DNA from: an uncultured Lachnospiraceae bacterium
Lineage (GTDB): Bacteria; Bacillota; Clostridia; Oscillospirales; CAG-272
DNA: 64,000 nucleotides
Assembly (NCBI GenBank): GCA_964653575.1
Contig: CAZZFP010000002.1
Coordinates: 63,303 to 127,302 of the forward strand
Direction: 5' to 3'
Made by a program: the position numbers and the translations under genes. Below the pieces are notes generated by a model. It did not search any database, had not been told where the DNA came from, and saw nothing but the letters and a program-made list of their open reading frames with translations. How positions within the stretch are numbered: the first letter of the stretch is position 1; the number at the start of each line of letters is the position of its first letter. Positions 17,652 to 27,510 of the stretch are shown piece after piece.

Positions 17652-19175
17652 TCAGTCCCCCGAGCCGAGCGTTTCTATAACGCTTTTATCGTTTATCGGT
17701 TTAGAGTCACCGTGTTTTACAAAGAACATAGTAACGAGGGAACCGAATGTGAATATCGTTGCATAGGGGAAGAGAGTGGTGAACTTGATGTCGAGGAATA
17801 TTCCGCTGAGCACGGGGGTAACGGTCTGAGCCGCCATACTTGCGGTGTAATAGAAGCCGGTATATTTTCCGACGTCGCTGCCTTTTGCGAGCTCAACGAC
17901 CATAGGATATGAGTTTACGTTTATGGTAGCCCAGCCTATGCCGGCGAGCGCAAACAGGCAATTCATAATAATGGGCGAGCTTCCCGCGCGCATAAATGCC
18001 GCCACGCCGAATGCGGTGCCGAGCATTACGATTCCCGCCATAATAGTCTTCCTTCTTCCGAACTTTGAGGAGATGATTCCGACGGGAATATATGATATGA
18101 TAGCCGCCGCCTGAGCTACGATGAGCGTAAGATTGTAGTCAAGCTCGAGAACCTTGCCTGCATAAACGGAATATTTGCTCGTTACCGCATTATATCCCAT
18201 ATACCAAAGCACGACGGACGCAAGTATCAGAATGAGTGAGGCGAACTCTCCCTTGGAAAGTTTCTTTTCTCCTTGCTCCGAGTTATCCTCTCCGTCATCA
18301 ATACCGTATTTTGCGGATTCTTCTTGCATTTCTCTAACAAGCTTCGGCTCTTTGACCGTGAGCATAAAGATTATGAGTGCTCCCAGCATTATTGCGGCAA
18401 CGACGGAGAAGAATACAGTGTAGTTCATGAGAGCGTTCTTAGTCGATCCCGTGCCGAATACCATACCGAGTACGAGCACCAGGATACCTCCTGCCGTACC
18501 CATAAGATTTATTACGGCGTTAGCCTTTGAACGGAGCGGCTTTACGGTTACGTCCGGCATAAGCGCGACCGCGGGAGAGCGGAATATACCCATAGCAACG
18601 AGCACGACAAGCAAAAGTCCGGAGAAGAATATCAGCGCCGTCGGAGATTTCATAGTCTGCTGCCAAGCATAGCTCTGCCTTGCGGGGACTACGTATTCAG
18701 AGTAATCGGCGGAGTCGATCGTGATCGCGGTAAACTCATCGCGGGTAAATTTCTCTTTTATGGAAAATTCCACGCCGTCGGGAGTTTTTAAGGTCTTATC
18801 GTATTCATTGTCGTAAAGGATCTCGAGCGCCTCGGTCGAGCCGACATCGCCGACCTTGCCGAGATTTGTGAGCTGCATATTGTCGGCGAAGGACAATCCG
18901 ACGAAAAGCACAGCCGCAACTATTGTTCCTATCAAAATATACGGGGTACGTCTGCCGAGCTTGGAGTGTGTTTTATCCGACAGAGCTCCGAATATCGGCA
19001 AAAGGAAGAGAGCCAAAATGTTGTCCAGCGCCATTACCGCGCCCGAAAGGCTCTGAGACATACCGAATTTATCGGTAAGTATCTTCGGAATTATTGTGTC
19101 GTATGCCTGCCAAAAGGTCATAATCAGGAAAAAGGCAAATCCGACGAGTATGGTCTTTTTGTAATTGAGCTTCAT
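17652..19175 (-). CDS. MFS transporter (GPH/SLC45-like, 12 TM with large central loop)
   Basis: 507-aa polytopic ORF with the MFS signature GALSDKTHSKLGRRTPY. Confidence 0.85.
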   Translation of the reverse strand: MKLNYKKTILVGFAFFLIMTFWQAYDTIIPKILTDKFGMSQSLSGAVMALDNILALFLLPIFGALSDKTHSKLGRRTPYILIGTIVAAVLFVGLSFADNMQLTNLGKVGDVGSTEALEILYDNEYDKTLKTPDGVEFSIKEKFTRDEFTAITIDSADYSEYVVPARQSYAWQQTMKSPTALIFFSGLLLVVLVAMGIFRSPAVALMPDVTVKPLRSKANAVINLMGTAGGILVLVLGMVFGTGSTKNALMNYTVFFSVVAAIMLGALIIFMLTVKEPKLVREMQEESAKYGIDDGEDNSEQGEKKLSKGEFASLILILASVVLWYMGYNAVTSKYSVYAGKVLELDYNLTLIVAQAAAIISYIPVGIISSKFGRRKTIMAGIVMLGTAFGVAAFMRAGSSPIIMNCLFALAGIGWATINVNSYPMVVELAKGSDVGKYTGFYYTASMAAQTVTPVLSGIFLDIKFTTLFPYATIFTFGSLVTMFFVKHGDSKPINDKSVIETLGSGD

Positions 19176-19205
19176 TTGATAGTGTTCCTTTCTGTTATCA
19201 TATTT

Positions 19206-19799
19206 TCAGCGCTGTTCTCGGCGCTTGAGACCGATATATACTTTAAGTATTGCCGCCTGAGTCTTGGCGTCAGTCAGCTGTCCGTTAAGTATCATTTCGA
19301 CTGTTTCCTCGAGCGGGAGCTTTACCGTGTCTATGAATTCATCATCGTCGGGGTGAGAGATACCTTTCGTCAGACCGTGCGCGGAATACATATGTATCAC
19401 CTCGTCACAAAAGCCGACCGTAGTGTGTATGTCGCCGATAAAATTCAGCTCGCGGCAGGAATAGCCCGTCTCCTCCTCAAGCTCGCGAAGCACCGCGGAC
19501 GACGGATCCTCGTCCTTGGAATTGAGCTTTCCCGCGGGGATCTCGAGCACCATTTTGCCGAGAGGATATCTGAACTGACGTACGAGTATTACCTCGCCGT
19601 CATCAGTCACGGGTACGATGCAGACCGCGCCGATGTGGCGTATCACCTCGCGTATAGCAGATCTTCCGTCGGGAAGCGTGACTTTATCTTTGTAAAGATG
19701 GACTATCGCGCCGTCGTAAATAAGCTCAGAGGACTGCGTTTTTTCGGTAAACTGTCCGTATTCGTCGCATAACAAATTATTTAACCGATTTATATTCAT
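19206..19799 (-). CDS. NUDIX hydrolase (ADP-ribose pyrophosphatase-like)
   Basis: Nudix box GKLNSKDEDPSSAVLRELEEETGY. Confidence 0.85.
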   Translation of the reverse strand: MNINRLNNLLCDEYGQFTEKTQSSELIYDGAIVHLYKDKVTLPDGRSAIREVIRHIGAVCIVPVTDDGEVILVRQFRYPLGKMVLEIPAGKLNSKDEDPSSAVLRELEEETGYSCRELNFIGDIHTTVGFCDEVIHMYSAHGLTKGISHPDDDEFIDTVKLPLEETVEMILNGQLTDAKTQAAILKVYIGLKRREQR

Positions 19800-19815
19800 A
19801 TTATCGTCCTTTCAC

Positions 19816-19844
19816 TTGAAAAATCAGCGGATTTGTGTTAGAAT
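19816..19844 (+). promoter_or_regulatory. Sigma-A-type promoter upstream of tcdA
   Basis: TTGAAA-17 nt-TAGAAT with TG at -15/-14. Confidence 0.5.
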
Positions 19845-19894
19845 ATATCATAAGCGTTAAGAGCTTACATAACTTTTGCTTTTGAGGTTTTTAT

Positions 19895-20632
19895 ATGAGT
19901 AGCGTTAAAGAAGAATTTATCAGGATCGCGTACCTTCTCGGAGATGATGCCGTAACAGAGCTTTCACGAAAGCGAGTTGCCGTTTTCGGCGTCGGCGGCG
20001 TCGGTGGGCATATCTGCGAGGCGCTTGCACGCTGCGGCGTGGGAGCTATAGATCTTTTTGACGCGGACTGCGTTTCCGTGTCAAATATCAATCGTCAGAT
20101 CGTGGCTCTTCATTCCACCGTCGGACGTCCGAAAGTCGAGGTTATGAGGGAACGTATACTTGATATAAATCCCGCGTGTGTCGTGAATACTTTCGAAGTG
20201 TTCTATCTCCCGGACAATGCGGACAAGTTCGACCTTTCGTGCTATGATTACATCGCCGATGCTGTCGATACCGTCAAGGCCAAGATCGAGCTTTGTGTAA
20301 GAGCTAAGCAACTCGGAATTCCGATAATATGCGCTATGGGAGCGGGGAACAAGCTTAATCCGACCGGATTCAAGGTCTCGGACATTTCAAAAACCGCTGT
20401 CTGTCCTTTGGCTAAGGTGATGCGCCGCGAGCTCAAGGCGCGCGGTATATATCACTTAAAGGTGGTATACAGTGAGGAACAGCCTTCTAAGGCTACGATT
20501 GCGGACGAGCCTATGCCCGAGGGGAAGCGGAGCGTGCCCGGAAGTCTTGCATTCGTTCCGTCCGTTATGGGACTTATTATGGGCGGAGAGATAGTCAAGG
20601 ATCTTGTAAAGCAAAGTACATCAATATTATAA
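19895..20632 (+). CDS. tcdA: tRNA threonylcarbamoyladenosine dehydratase (ThiF/E1-like)
   Basis: GVGGVGG Rossmann motif, with length and pattern of TcdA/CsdL. Confidence 0.85.
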   Translation: MSSVKEEFIRIAYLLGDDAVTELSRKRVAVFGVGGVGGHICEALARCGVGAIDLFDADCVSVSNINRQIVALHSTVGRPKVEVMRERILDINPACVVNTFEVFYLPDNADKFDLSCYDYIADAVDTVKAKIELCVRAKQLGIPIICAMGAGNKLNPTGFKVSDISKTAVCPLAKVMRRELKARGIYHLKVVYSEEQPSKATIADEPMPEGKRSVPGSLAFVPSVMGLIMGGEIVKDLVKQSTSIL

Positions 20633-20692
20633 CCGTTATTTCCACATAAATCAAGTGGTAATGGTAAAAAAATAAAGAGGATAGTTGATTTT

Positions 20693-21127
20693 ATGAAACA
20701 CGTTGATATATACACCGATGGTGCCTGTCGCGGAAATCCGGGCAGGGGCGGCTGGGGTGCGATACTCGTTTACGGTGGCAAGGAGAAGGAGATGTCGGGC
20801 GGTGAAAAGCTGACGACGAATAATCGTATGGAGCTTACGGCGGCTATAGAAGCACTCGGAGCCCTTAAAGAGCCTTGTGAGGTAACACTGTATTCGGACT
20901 CCACTTATCTTGTCAATGCGATCAGCAAAGGTTGGCTTAAAAATTGGCAGGCTAAGAATTATCGCAAAAATTCAAAAGAGGAGATACCTAACAAGGATCT
21001 TTGGATAAAGCTAACCCCTCTCCTCGAAAAACACACGATCACATTCGTTTGGGTAAGGGGACACAACGGTCACGACTATAACGAAAGATGCGACGGGCTT
21101 GCAACGGCTTTTGCGGATTCGCTTTGA
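20693..21127 (+). CDS. rnhA: Ribonuclease HI
   Basis: DGACRGNPG...TNNRMEL...DS.Y...GH.G...NE.D catalytic pattern. Confidence 0.9.
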   Translation: MKHVDIYTDGACRGNPGRGGWGAILVYGGKEKEMSGGEKLTTNNRMELTAAIEALGALKEPCEVTLYSDSTYLVNAISKGWLKNWQAKNYRKNSKEEIPNKDLWIKLTPLLEKHTITFVWVRGHNGHDYNERCDGLATAFADSL

Positions 21128-21136
21128 TGACGGAGG

Positions 21137-22132
21137 ATGCAGCATATGGATAAAAAACCTTTTGTGCTTGCGATCGTGGGACCTACCGCATCGGGAAAAA
21201 CAGCGTTGTCCGTGCGTCTTGCCAAAGAACTTAACGGCGAGATCGTCTCCTGCGATTCGATGCAGATATACCGCGGAATGGACATAGGTACGGCAAAGCC
21301 GACCGAGGAAGAAAAGCAGTGCGTTCCGCATCATATGATAGACGTAGCCGATGTAAGAGAGCCGTTTTCCTCGGCAGATTATGCGGCACAGGCTTCAAGG
21401 TGTATTGAAGATATTACCGCAAGAGGGAAACTTCCCGTTATCTGCGGCGGTACGGGACTCTACCTTGATGCGCTTCTGCGCGGAGATGATAACAGCGGCG
21501 GAGGAGCGGATCTTGAATATCGTGCAAGAGTGGAAGCTTTGGCGCTCGAAAAAGGCAAGGAATACGTTCACGGTCTGCTTGCCGAGTTTGATCCGGAGTC
21601 GGCGGCAAATATTCATCCGAATAACATAAAACGAGTCATCAGGGCTCTTGAGATACGACACGTTACGGGTACCAACAAGAGCGAGCTTGACAGACTCTCG
21701 CGCGAAAAAGTCAAAAGATATGATTCTCTTGTGCTGGGACTTCGATACAACAACAGGCAAACGCTCTACGACAGGATAGATCGTCGCGTTGATGATATGA
21801 TAGCCAAAGGGCTGTGCGACGAGGTGAAAGAGCTTTATGACAAAGGCATCTTTGAGAGCAAGACTGCGTCGCAAGCGATAGGTTATAAGGAACTGCTCGG
21901 ATATGTGAAGGGCGAGCTTGCGCTTGAGGTTTGCGTGGACGAGCTCAAGCGTGCAACGAGACGGTATGCCAAACGGCAGATGACTTGGTTTCGCGCACTT
22001 GAGGGGATCAATTGGATCGACGTTGACGGCGAAAGCACGGGCATCGGTGACGAAAAAATAAAAACATTTGAAGATATTGTAAACATTGCAAAAAAACTAC
22101 TTGCAGATTTCAAAGGCTGTGGTATAATGTAA
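21137..22132 (+). CDS. miaA: tRNA dimethylallyltransferase
   Basis: GPTASGKT P-loop, SCDSMQIYRGMDIGTAKP. Confidence 0.9.
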   Translation: MQHMDKKPFVLAIVGPTASGKTALSVRLAKELNGEIVSCDSMQIYRGMDIGTAKPTEEEKQCVPHHMIDVADVREPFSSADYAAQASRCIEDITARGKLPVICGGTGLYLDALLRGDDNSGGGADLEYRARVEALALEKGKEYVHGLLAEFDPESAANIHPNNIKRVIRALEIRHVTGTNKSELDRLSREKVKRYDSLVLGLRYNNRQTLYDRIDRRVDDMIAKGLCDEVKELYDKGIFESKTASQAIGYKELLGYVKGELALEVCVDELKRATRRYAKRQMTWFRALEGINWIDVDGESTGIGDEKIKTFEDIVNIAKKLLADFKGCGIM

Positions 22133-22220
22133 GATGATGTGTTGTATGCTGTATTTTTAAAAGGTGCTTTAGCCGAATATGGGTGTACACGTGATCTGAG
22201 TTAACGGCGGGAGCGAGAAT

Positions 22221-23519
22221 ATGGAAAATAATAATATTTTTAAATACCGCTCCGGTTCAAGAGCTGTTACCGTGATCGTAACGATCGTCACTCTTATGGC
22301 GGTTCTGTTTGTCTCGACCTACCTTTGCTATCATTCGGTCGCCGTATTCGACGATCTTTATATGACGGGAGTTATAGACAAGGCAAGCACGAAGGTTTAT
22401 ACGGAGCTTGAAGCCGTATTGTTTCGCGATGACGAGATAATCGAGTTTGATGGCGCACGTGACGGAAATATTCGGTATATGCTTTCCAACGGATCCAAGG
22501 TTGGATACGACTGCGAGGCGGTACGCATCTACACGGATACTCATATGACAAGCAGTGAGAATATGAGTCTTATATCCCAAATGCGAGAGATAGAGCTCGA
22601 AATTGAGTATATCGATGAACTGCTCGATCTTCGACACACTACTTACTATTCCGCCGCAAGTCGTGTACAGAGCGCGTATACATCATTTTTGTCGGCACTC
22701 GGCACCGAGGATCCACAGAACGCAATACTTGCCTCGCAGGGGCTTTCCACGGGGCTCAACAGATTTGATGCGATCAAAAACGGCAAGGCGGGACTTGAAA
22801 AGCTTCGAGAGACGCTTGAAACCGAATATGAGAGCTTAAGTGAGAAATATTACGGTAATTATTACAGTGTACTTACGAAGAAAAGCGGATACTTTTTCGA
22901 CCGCTCGGAGATAGATGGGTACGAGGAAGCTTTTTCGACCGATCTGCTCAGATCCATAAATGCGGATTCGCTCCGCGCTATGATGAACAGCGAGCCTGCC
23001 GAAGTGCCGAAGGACGCGGTGGGAAAGATGACTTATTCCTACGATTGGCGTATTGCAACGGTCGCGGACGACAGCCTGTGCCGAAGCCTTGAGATAGGCG
23101 CACAATACCGCGTCACGTTTAAGGATAGCGGCGAGGAGCTTGTGTTTGTGCTTGAAAGAATAGCATCGGTCATTAACGGCGAGGGTGTTTTGATCTTTAA
23201 ATGCAGTACCATGCCTCAAGGATTTAACTATTCGAGAATAAGCAGTATAATGCTTGAGACGGGCGAGATCGAGGGGCTTTCTGTTCCCTCGTCGGCAATT
23301 TATAACGAAGATGGTATCAAATGTATCTACACTCTGAAGCGAGGCAAGCTGGTAAAGAAAAGAGCAGAGGTACTTTACGAGGATAACGGAATGTGCATAG
23401 TTGCCGAGGAGCCGTCGGAGAGCGACGGAGAAGGTGACGGAGGGCTGCCTTATCCGACGTTTAATGACGTGATAATTATCTCGGGCGATGATCTTTACGA
23501 CGGCAAGGTGCTCGGCTGA
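22221..23519 (+). CDS. Membrane-anchored coiled-coil protein (HlyD/membrane-fusion-like), upstream of yggS-sepF
   Basis: N-terminal TM helix, central coiled-coil segments and a beta-rich C-terminus. Family assignment is tentative. Confidence 0.55.
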   Translation: MENNNIFKYRSGSRAVTVIVTIVTLMAVLFVSTYLCYHSVAVFDDLYMTGVIDKASTKVYTELEAVLFRDDEIIEFDGARDGNIRYMLSNGSKVGYDCEAVRIYTDTHMTSSENMSLISQMREIELEIEYIDELLDLRHTTYYSAASRVQSAYTSFLSALGTEDPQNAILASQGLSTGLNRFDAIKNGKAGLEKLRETLETEYESLSEKYYGNYYSVLTKKSGYFFDRSEIDGYEEAFSTDLLRSINADSLRAMMNSEPAEVPKDAVGKMTYSYDWRIATVADDSLCRSLEIGAQYRVTFKDSGEELVFVLERIASVINGEGVLIFKCSTMPQGFNYSRISSIMLETGEIEGLSVPSSAIYNEDGIKCIYTLKRGKLVKKRAEVLYEDNGMCIVAEEPSESDGEGDGGLPYPTFNDVIIISGDDLYDGKVLG

Positions 23520-23552
23520 TGTCGGTCTCAACGGAGGGCTTGGTTATCGGAT

Positions 23553-24275
23553 ATGGAAGAAATGAAAGAAAAGGATTATTCGTATATTGACATAAATGTT
23601 GCGTCGGTAAAGGAACGCCTTGAACGAGCCGCTCTGTCGGCGGGCAGAAGATCGGAGGATATAACCTTTCTTGCGGCTATAAAGAGTGCAGAGATCGGCG
23701 AGATAAACTACCTGCATCAAAAGCTTCTTGTCGATCATTTCGGCGAGAATCGTGTTCAACAGCTTATGTCCAGGTATGATGAGATAGATAAACAGGGGCT
23801 TAAGCTTCACTTTATCGGCAAGCTTCAGCGAAACAAGGTGAAATACATAATCGACAAGGTGGATATGATACACTCGGTAGACAGCAAGGCTCTGGCGGAC
23901 GAGATATCATCCCGCGCTATCAAGGCTCAAAAATGTATGGACGTTTTGATGGAGATAAACATAGGCGAGGAACCGGATAAGAGCGGCGTTATGCCCGAGC
24001 TTGCCAAGGAGACGGCTGTGTACATAGATAAACTTGAAGGAATAAAGCTTTGCGGATTTATGACTATGGCTCCCGTTTGTCAAACGGATGAGCAGTACAG
24101 AGCGTATTTTTCAAGGATGCGTGAGCTTTCGTTTGAGATATGGAGTCGAGATCTCCGAAAAGAAGGCAACCCCGAGCTTTCTATGGGAATGTCGGGCAGC
24201 TTTGAGGCGGCGGTAGCCGAAGGTGCGACCATCGTCAGAATCGGCAGATGCCTTTTTCAAAAGGATGTGCTGTAA
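23553..24275 (+). CDS. yggS: YggS family pyridoxal-phosphate-dependent protein
   Basis: The pattern LAAIKS...FGENRVQ...HFIGKLQRNK is typical of YggS/YlmE. Confidence 0.85.
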   Translation: MEEMKEKDYSYIDINVASVKERLERAALSAGRRSEDITFLAAIKSAEIGEINYLHQKLLVDHFGENRVQQLMSRYDEIDKQGLKLHFIGKLQRNKVKYIIDKVDMIHSVDSKALADEISSRAIKAQKCMDVLMEINIGEEPDKSGVMPELAKETAVYIDKLEGIKLCGFMTMAPVCQTDEQYRAYFSRMRELSFEIWSRDLRKEGNPELSMGMSGSFEAAVAEGATIVRIGRCLFQKDVL

Positions 24276-24330
24276 CTGTACAAAATAAAAAACAATTCAA
24301 AATAAATGATAAATAAGTGAGGGTGGAACC

Positions 24331-24963
24331 ATGAAACAAGAAGACATTTCAATAGGCGCATTTTTTAAGAGCCTTTTCGGCAAAGCCGAGACCAACGTGC
24401 AGGCGGATATTCCCGACGATTCGGACGCGGAATATTACAGAATGGATACCAGATCGTCCAAAAAAGCCGAGCCGGCAATCACATCTGACGTTGCAGAAGA
24501 GGTGCATACCGAGCCTGCTAAAAGAATGGAATATACTGCTCCCAAGACCTCGGTCGCCGATGTTGATGACTTCGACTTTGTCGATGACGGTGATATTGAT
24601 GACGAGATAAAGGGAGGGTACGGAGACGAATATGAATCCGATTCCGATCGCGAGCCCGAGGAGCAGGAGTCCTATGCTGATGAGGACGTGATCGATGCCA
24701 AGATCAAATATATAGAAAATGCCACTCTCGATGACGCGACAGAGGTGGCTGATGCGATCATTGACGGTGCTTTTACGGTCGTTGATATAGCCAATACTCC
24801 TGTCGAAGAAAAGACTCGTATGTTCGACTTTATCTCCGGCGTGGTCTATGCCTGTGGCGGCAAGGTTGAGAAGCTTCAGGGGGGCAGGTGTGTACTTGTA
24901 CTTCCCGAGGGAATGGATATGGATGACTTCAAGGCGGCTATGGCGGCTATGGAGAATAACTGA
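24331..24963 (+). CDS. sepF: Cell division protein SepF
   Basis: Acidic linker plus a C-terminal DUF552-like core (DATEVADAIIDG...MFDFISGVVYACGGKVEKL). Position after yggS matches the ylm operon. Confidence 0.8.
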   Translation: MKQEDISIGAFFKSLFGKAETNVQADIPDDSDAEYYRMDTRSSKKAEPAITSDVAEEVHTEPAKRMEYTAPKTSVADVDDFDFVDDGDIDDEIKGGYGDEYESDSDREPEEQESYADEDVIDAKIKYIENATLDDATEVADAIIDGAFTVVDIANTPVEEKTRMFDFISGVVYACGGKVEKLQGGRCVLVLPEGMDMDDFKAAMAAMENN

Positions 24964-24998
24964 TAATATTGCGAAAAAAACAAGGATAAGAAACAAAA

Positions 24999-25544
24999 AT
25001 GCTTTTATGGACATTGATTATCATAGTACTGGTATATCTTGATCAGATGTCAAAGTACCTTGCGGTGATCTTTCTCAAAGGGGAGGAGTCCTTTCCCCTG
25101 TGGCGGGACGTTCTTCACTTTACCTATGTTGAAAATCGCGGCGCGGCGTTTGGTATGCTAAAGGATCACAGATGGGTGTTTATGATCATATCGACGGTAG
25201 CTATTATCGGAATAATCGTATATCTCTCACTTCATTACAAGGACGGCAAACTTCAAGCTTTATCGCTTTCAATGCTGATCGCAGGCGGTATCGGAAATAT
25301 GATAGATCGCATAGTGCTCGGATACGTGATAGATTTTATAGATTTCACTCTGATAGATTTTGCGGTATTCAATATAGCTGATTCCTGCGTGTGCGTTGGT
25401 GTCGGACTTCTGATGCTGTGTCTTATTATCGATACAATTAAGTCGTATAAGGAAGAAAAGTCCGCAAAACTTGCGGGGGCTGCGTCAGGCGTCGAATCGG
25501 CAGACGCATCGGATAAGACGTCCGATAACGAAAACGGCAAATAA
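24999..25544 (+). CDS. lspA: Lipoprotein signal peptidase II
   Basis: NRGAAFG, GGIGNMIDR and FNIADS motifs. Confidence 0.85.
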   Translation: MLLWTLIIIVLVYLDQMSKYLAVIFLKGEESFPLWRDVLHFTYVENRGAAFGMLKDHRWVFMIISTVAIIGIIVYLSLHYKDGKLQALSLSMLIAGGIGNMIDRIVLGYVIDFIDFTLIDFAVFNIADSCVCVGVGLLMLCLIIDTIKSYKEEKSAKLAGAASGVESADASDKTSDNENGK

Positions 25545-25584
25545 GGTCGCATCGTAAAACTCGAAAGGCGCATCGTATATTTGT

Positions 25585-26538
25585 ATGGATAGTAAAAAAA
25601 GAGCGGTCGTTTACGTGAGGGCTGATGATGTCGGCAAAAGGCTTGACCTTCTTCTGTCGGAAAATCAAAATATGTCGCGTTCTGCTGCGGCAAGGCTTAT
25701 CGAGCAGGAGCGAGTTACGGTAAACGGAAAGATGCCGCAAAAAAACTGCAAGCCTCGTTTAAACGATGTAATAGAAATAGAATATCCTCCGATCGTTGCA
25801 TATGAAGCGGTGGCGGAGGACATTTCTCTTGACGTCGTATACGAGGACAATGATATTATCGTTATAAACAAGCCGACGGGTATGGTGGTTCATCCCGCGG
25901 CGGGAAATTACAGCGGAACGCTCGTAAATGCCTTGCTTTATCATTGCAAGGGTTCTCTCTCGGGAATCGGAGGCGTAGCGCGTCCCGGCATCGTGCACAG
26001 AATAGACAAGGATACCAGCGGGCTTTTGGTCGTGGCGAAGAATGATGAGGCTCATTTGAGCCTTGCGGAACAGCTTAAGACGCACACGGTGAGCCGCGTA
26101 TATTTTGCTGTTGCGGTGGGGAATTTTCGTGATGACAGTGGCACTGTATCGGCACCGATAGGAAGGCATCCCGTGGACAGAAAAAGGATGGCAGTTTATC
26201 CGGAGGGCGACAGCCGCGCCAAGGACGCGATTACCCACTACACCGTACTTGAAAGATATAACGGTTTTTGCCTCATAAGGTGTGAGCTCGAAACCGGGCG
26301 AACACATCAGATCAGAGTTCATATGGCGTATAAGGGGCACCCTTTGCTCGGCGATGAAGTCTATGGTGGAGACAAAACGAAATTTTACGGCTTGAATAAG
26401 AATATTATAAGCGGTCAGTGTTTGCACGCGGGAAAACTTAGGCTACGGCATCCGCGAACGGGTGTGGAGATGGAGTTTGAGGCTCCTATTCCCGATGATA
26501 TGTGCGCTGTTATCGACAAACTGCGTCGTATGAATTGA
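25585..26538 (+). CDS. rluD: 23S rRNA pseudouridine synthase, RluD subfamily
   Basis: S4 domain plus HRIDKDTSGLLVVAKN and GRTHQIRVHM. Gene order lspA-rluD is conserved in Firmicutes. Confidence 0.9.
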   Translation: MDSKKRAVVYVRADDVGKRLDLLLSENQNMSRSAAARLIEQERVTVNGKMPQKNCKPRLNDVIEIEYPPIVAYEAVAEDISLDVVYEDNDIIVINKPTGMVVHPAAGNYSGTLVNALLYHCKGSLSGIGGVARPGIVHRIDKDTSGLLVVAKNDEAHLSLAEQLKTHTVSRVYFAVAVGNFRDDSGTVSAPIGRHPVDRKRMAVYPEGDSRAKDAITHYTVLERYNGFCLIRCELETGRTHQIRVHMAYKGHPLLGDEVYGGDKTKFYGLNKNIISGQCLHAGKLRLRHPRTGVEMEFEAPIPDDMCAVIDKLRRMN

Positions 26539-26585
26539 GGCGGCGTATTTGACAAAAGGTCGAGACTAATTATTGAAAGGTATCT

Positions 26586-27422
26586 ATGATGATGGATCCG
26601 AAAAACGTGTTGATTGTCAGCGATATAGACGGTACTTTTTTAGGAAAGGGAAGTCGTATAGTTGAAAAAAATATTGAAGCAATAGAATATTTTAAGTCGA
26701 AGGGCGGGCGCTTCACGTTTGCAACGGGGAGAGCGATCGTGAATATCAAAAAGAATGTTCCTATGGTGGAAAAGCTCTTAAACGCTCCTGCGGTACTCGC
26801 AAACGGTGGATATATCTATGATTACGACGAGCACAGAACTGTTTGTGCCGATTATCTGGATTCGAATATTATTTCTCGGGTCATAAAGTATGTAGATGAG
26901 AATTTTCCGTCTGTTACGGCGAGGGCTATGACTGAGGATCATTTTTGGCTTACGCGATTTGAGGGGCTTGTGAAAAACGACGTTCTTCGTATGTTGAATG
27001 ACGGTGACTATACCGTAGCTCCTGTCGAGGAGTGGCCTTGCGGTAAGATGATAAAATTTGTCATTCGCGGAAGCGCCGAGGACATCGACAAAGTAAGAGA
27101 CGCTCTTGAGGAAAGGTTCGGAAGGTTTGCGGAGTGCAATAAATCCGCGTCTACATTTCTTGAATATCAGAAGCTTGGATGCAGCAAGGCGACGGCAATA
27201 CTTGCTTTAAAGGAATATTACAGGCAAAGGGGAAGAGACGTTACTTTGATCGCCGCGGGAGACTATGAAAACGATCTTGAAATGCTTAAAGCGGCTGATA
27301 TCTCGGTGTGTCCTTCAAATGCACTTGATGCCGTTAAGGAAGTGTGCGACTATTGTCTTTGTGATCACGACGAGGGACTCATCGCAAATATCATAGAGCT
27401 CATCGAGAGCGGCAAAATATAA
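26586..27422 (+). CDS. Cof-type HAD-IIB family hydrolase
   Basis: SDIDGTF motif I and GDYENDLEML motif IV. Confidence 0.85.
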   Translation: MMMDPKNVLIVSDIDGTFLGKGSRIVEKNIEAIEYFKSKGGRFTFATGRAIVNIKKNVPMVEKLLNAPAVLANGGYIYDYDEHRTVCADYLDSNIISRVIKYVDENFPSVTARAMTEDHFWLTRFEGLVKNDVLRMLNDGDYTVAPVEEWPCGKMIKFVIRGSAEDIDKVRDALEERFGRFAECNKSASTFLEYQKLGCSKATAILALKEYYRQRGRDVTLIAAGDYENDLEMLKAADISVCPSNALDAVKEVCDYCLCDHDEGLIANIIELIESGKI

Positions 27423-27510
27423 GCCGACGCGGCACACGCCATCGGCTCGATATTCTTAACGATAAACGCCATATTGTTTTTTAAAAAATGTTTTACGGAG
27501 GTAGATACCT

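Noticed and set aside
18966-19772. 268-aa plus-strand ORF spanning the MFS/NUDIX junction
   Set aside because: It runs antisense across two real genes and their intergenic gap. The frequency of such long antisense ORFs across the window suggests a codon-usage effect (rare TTA/CTA/TCA in sense frames), not overlapping genes.
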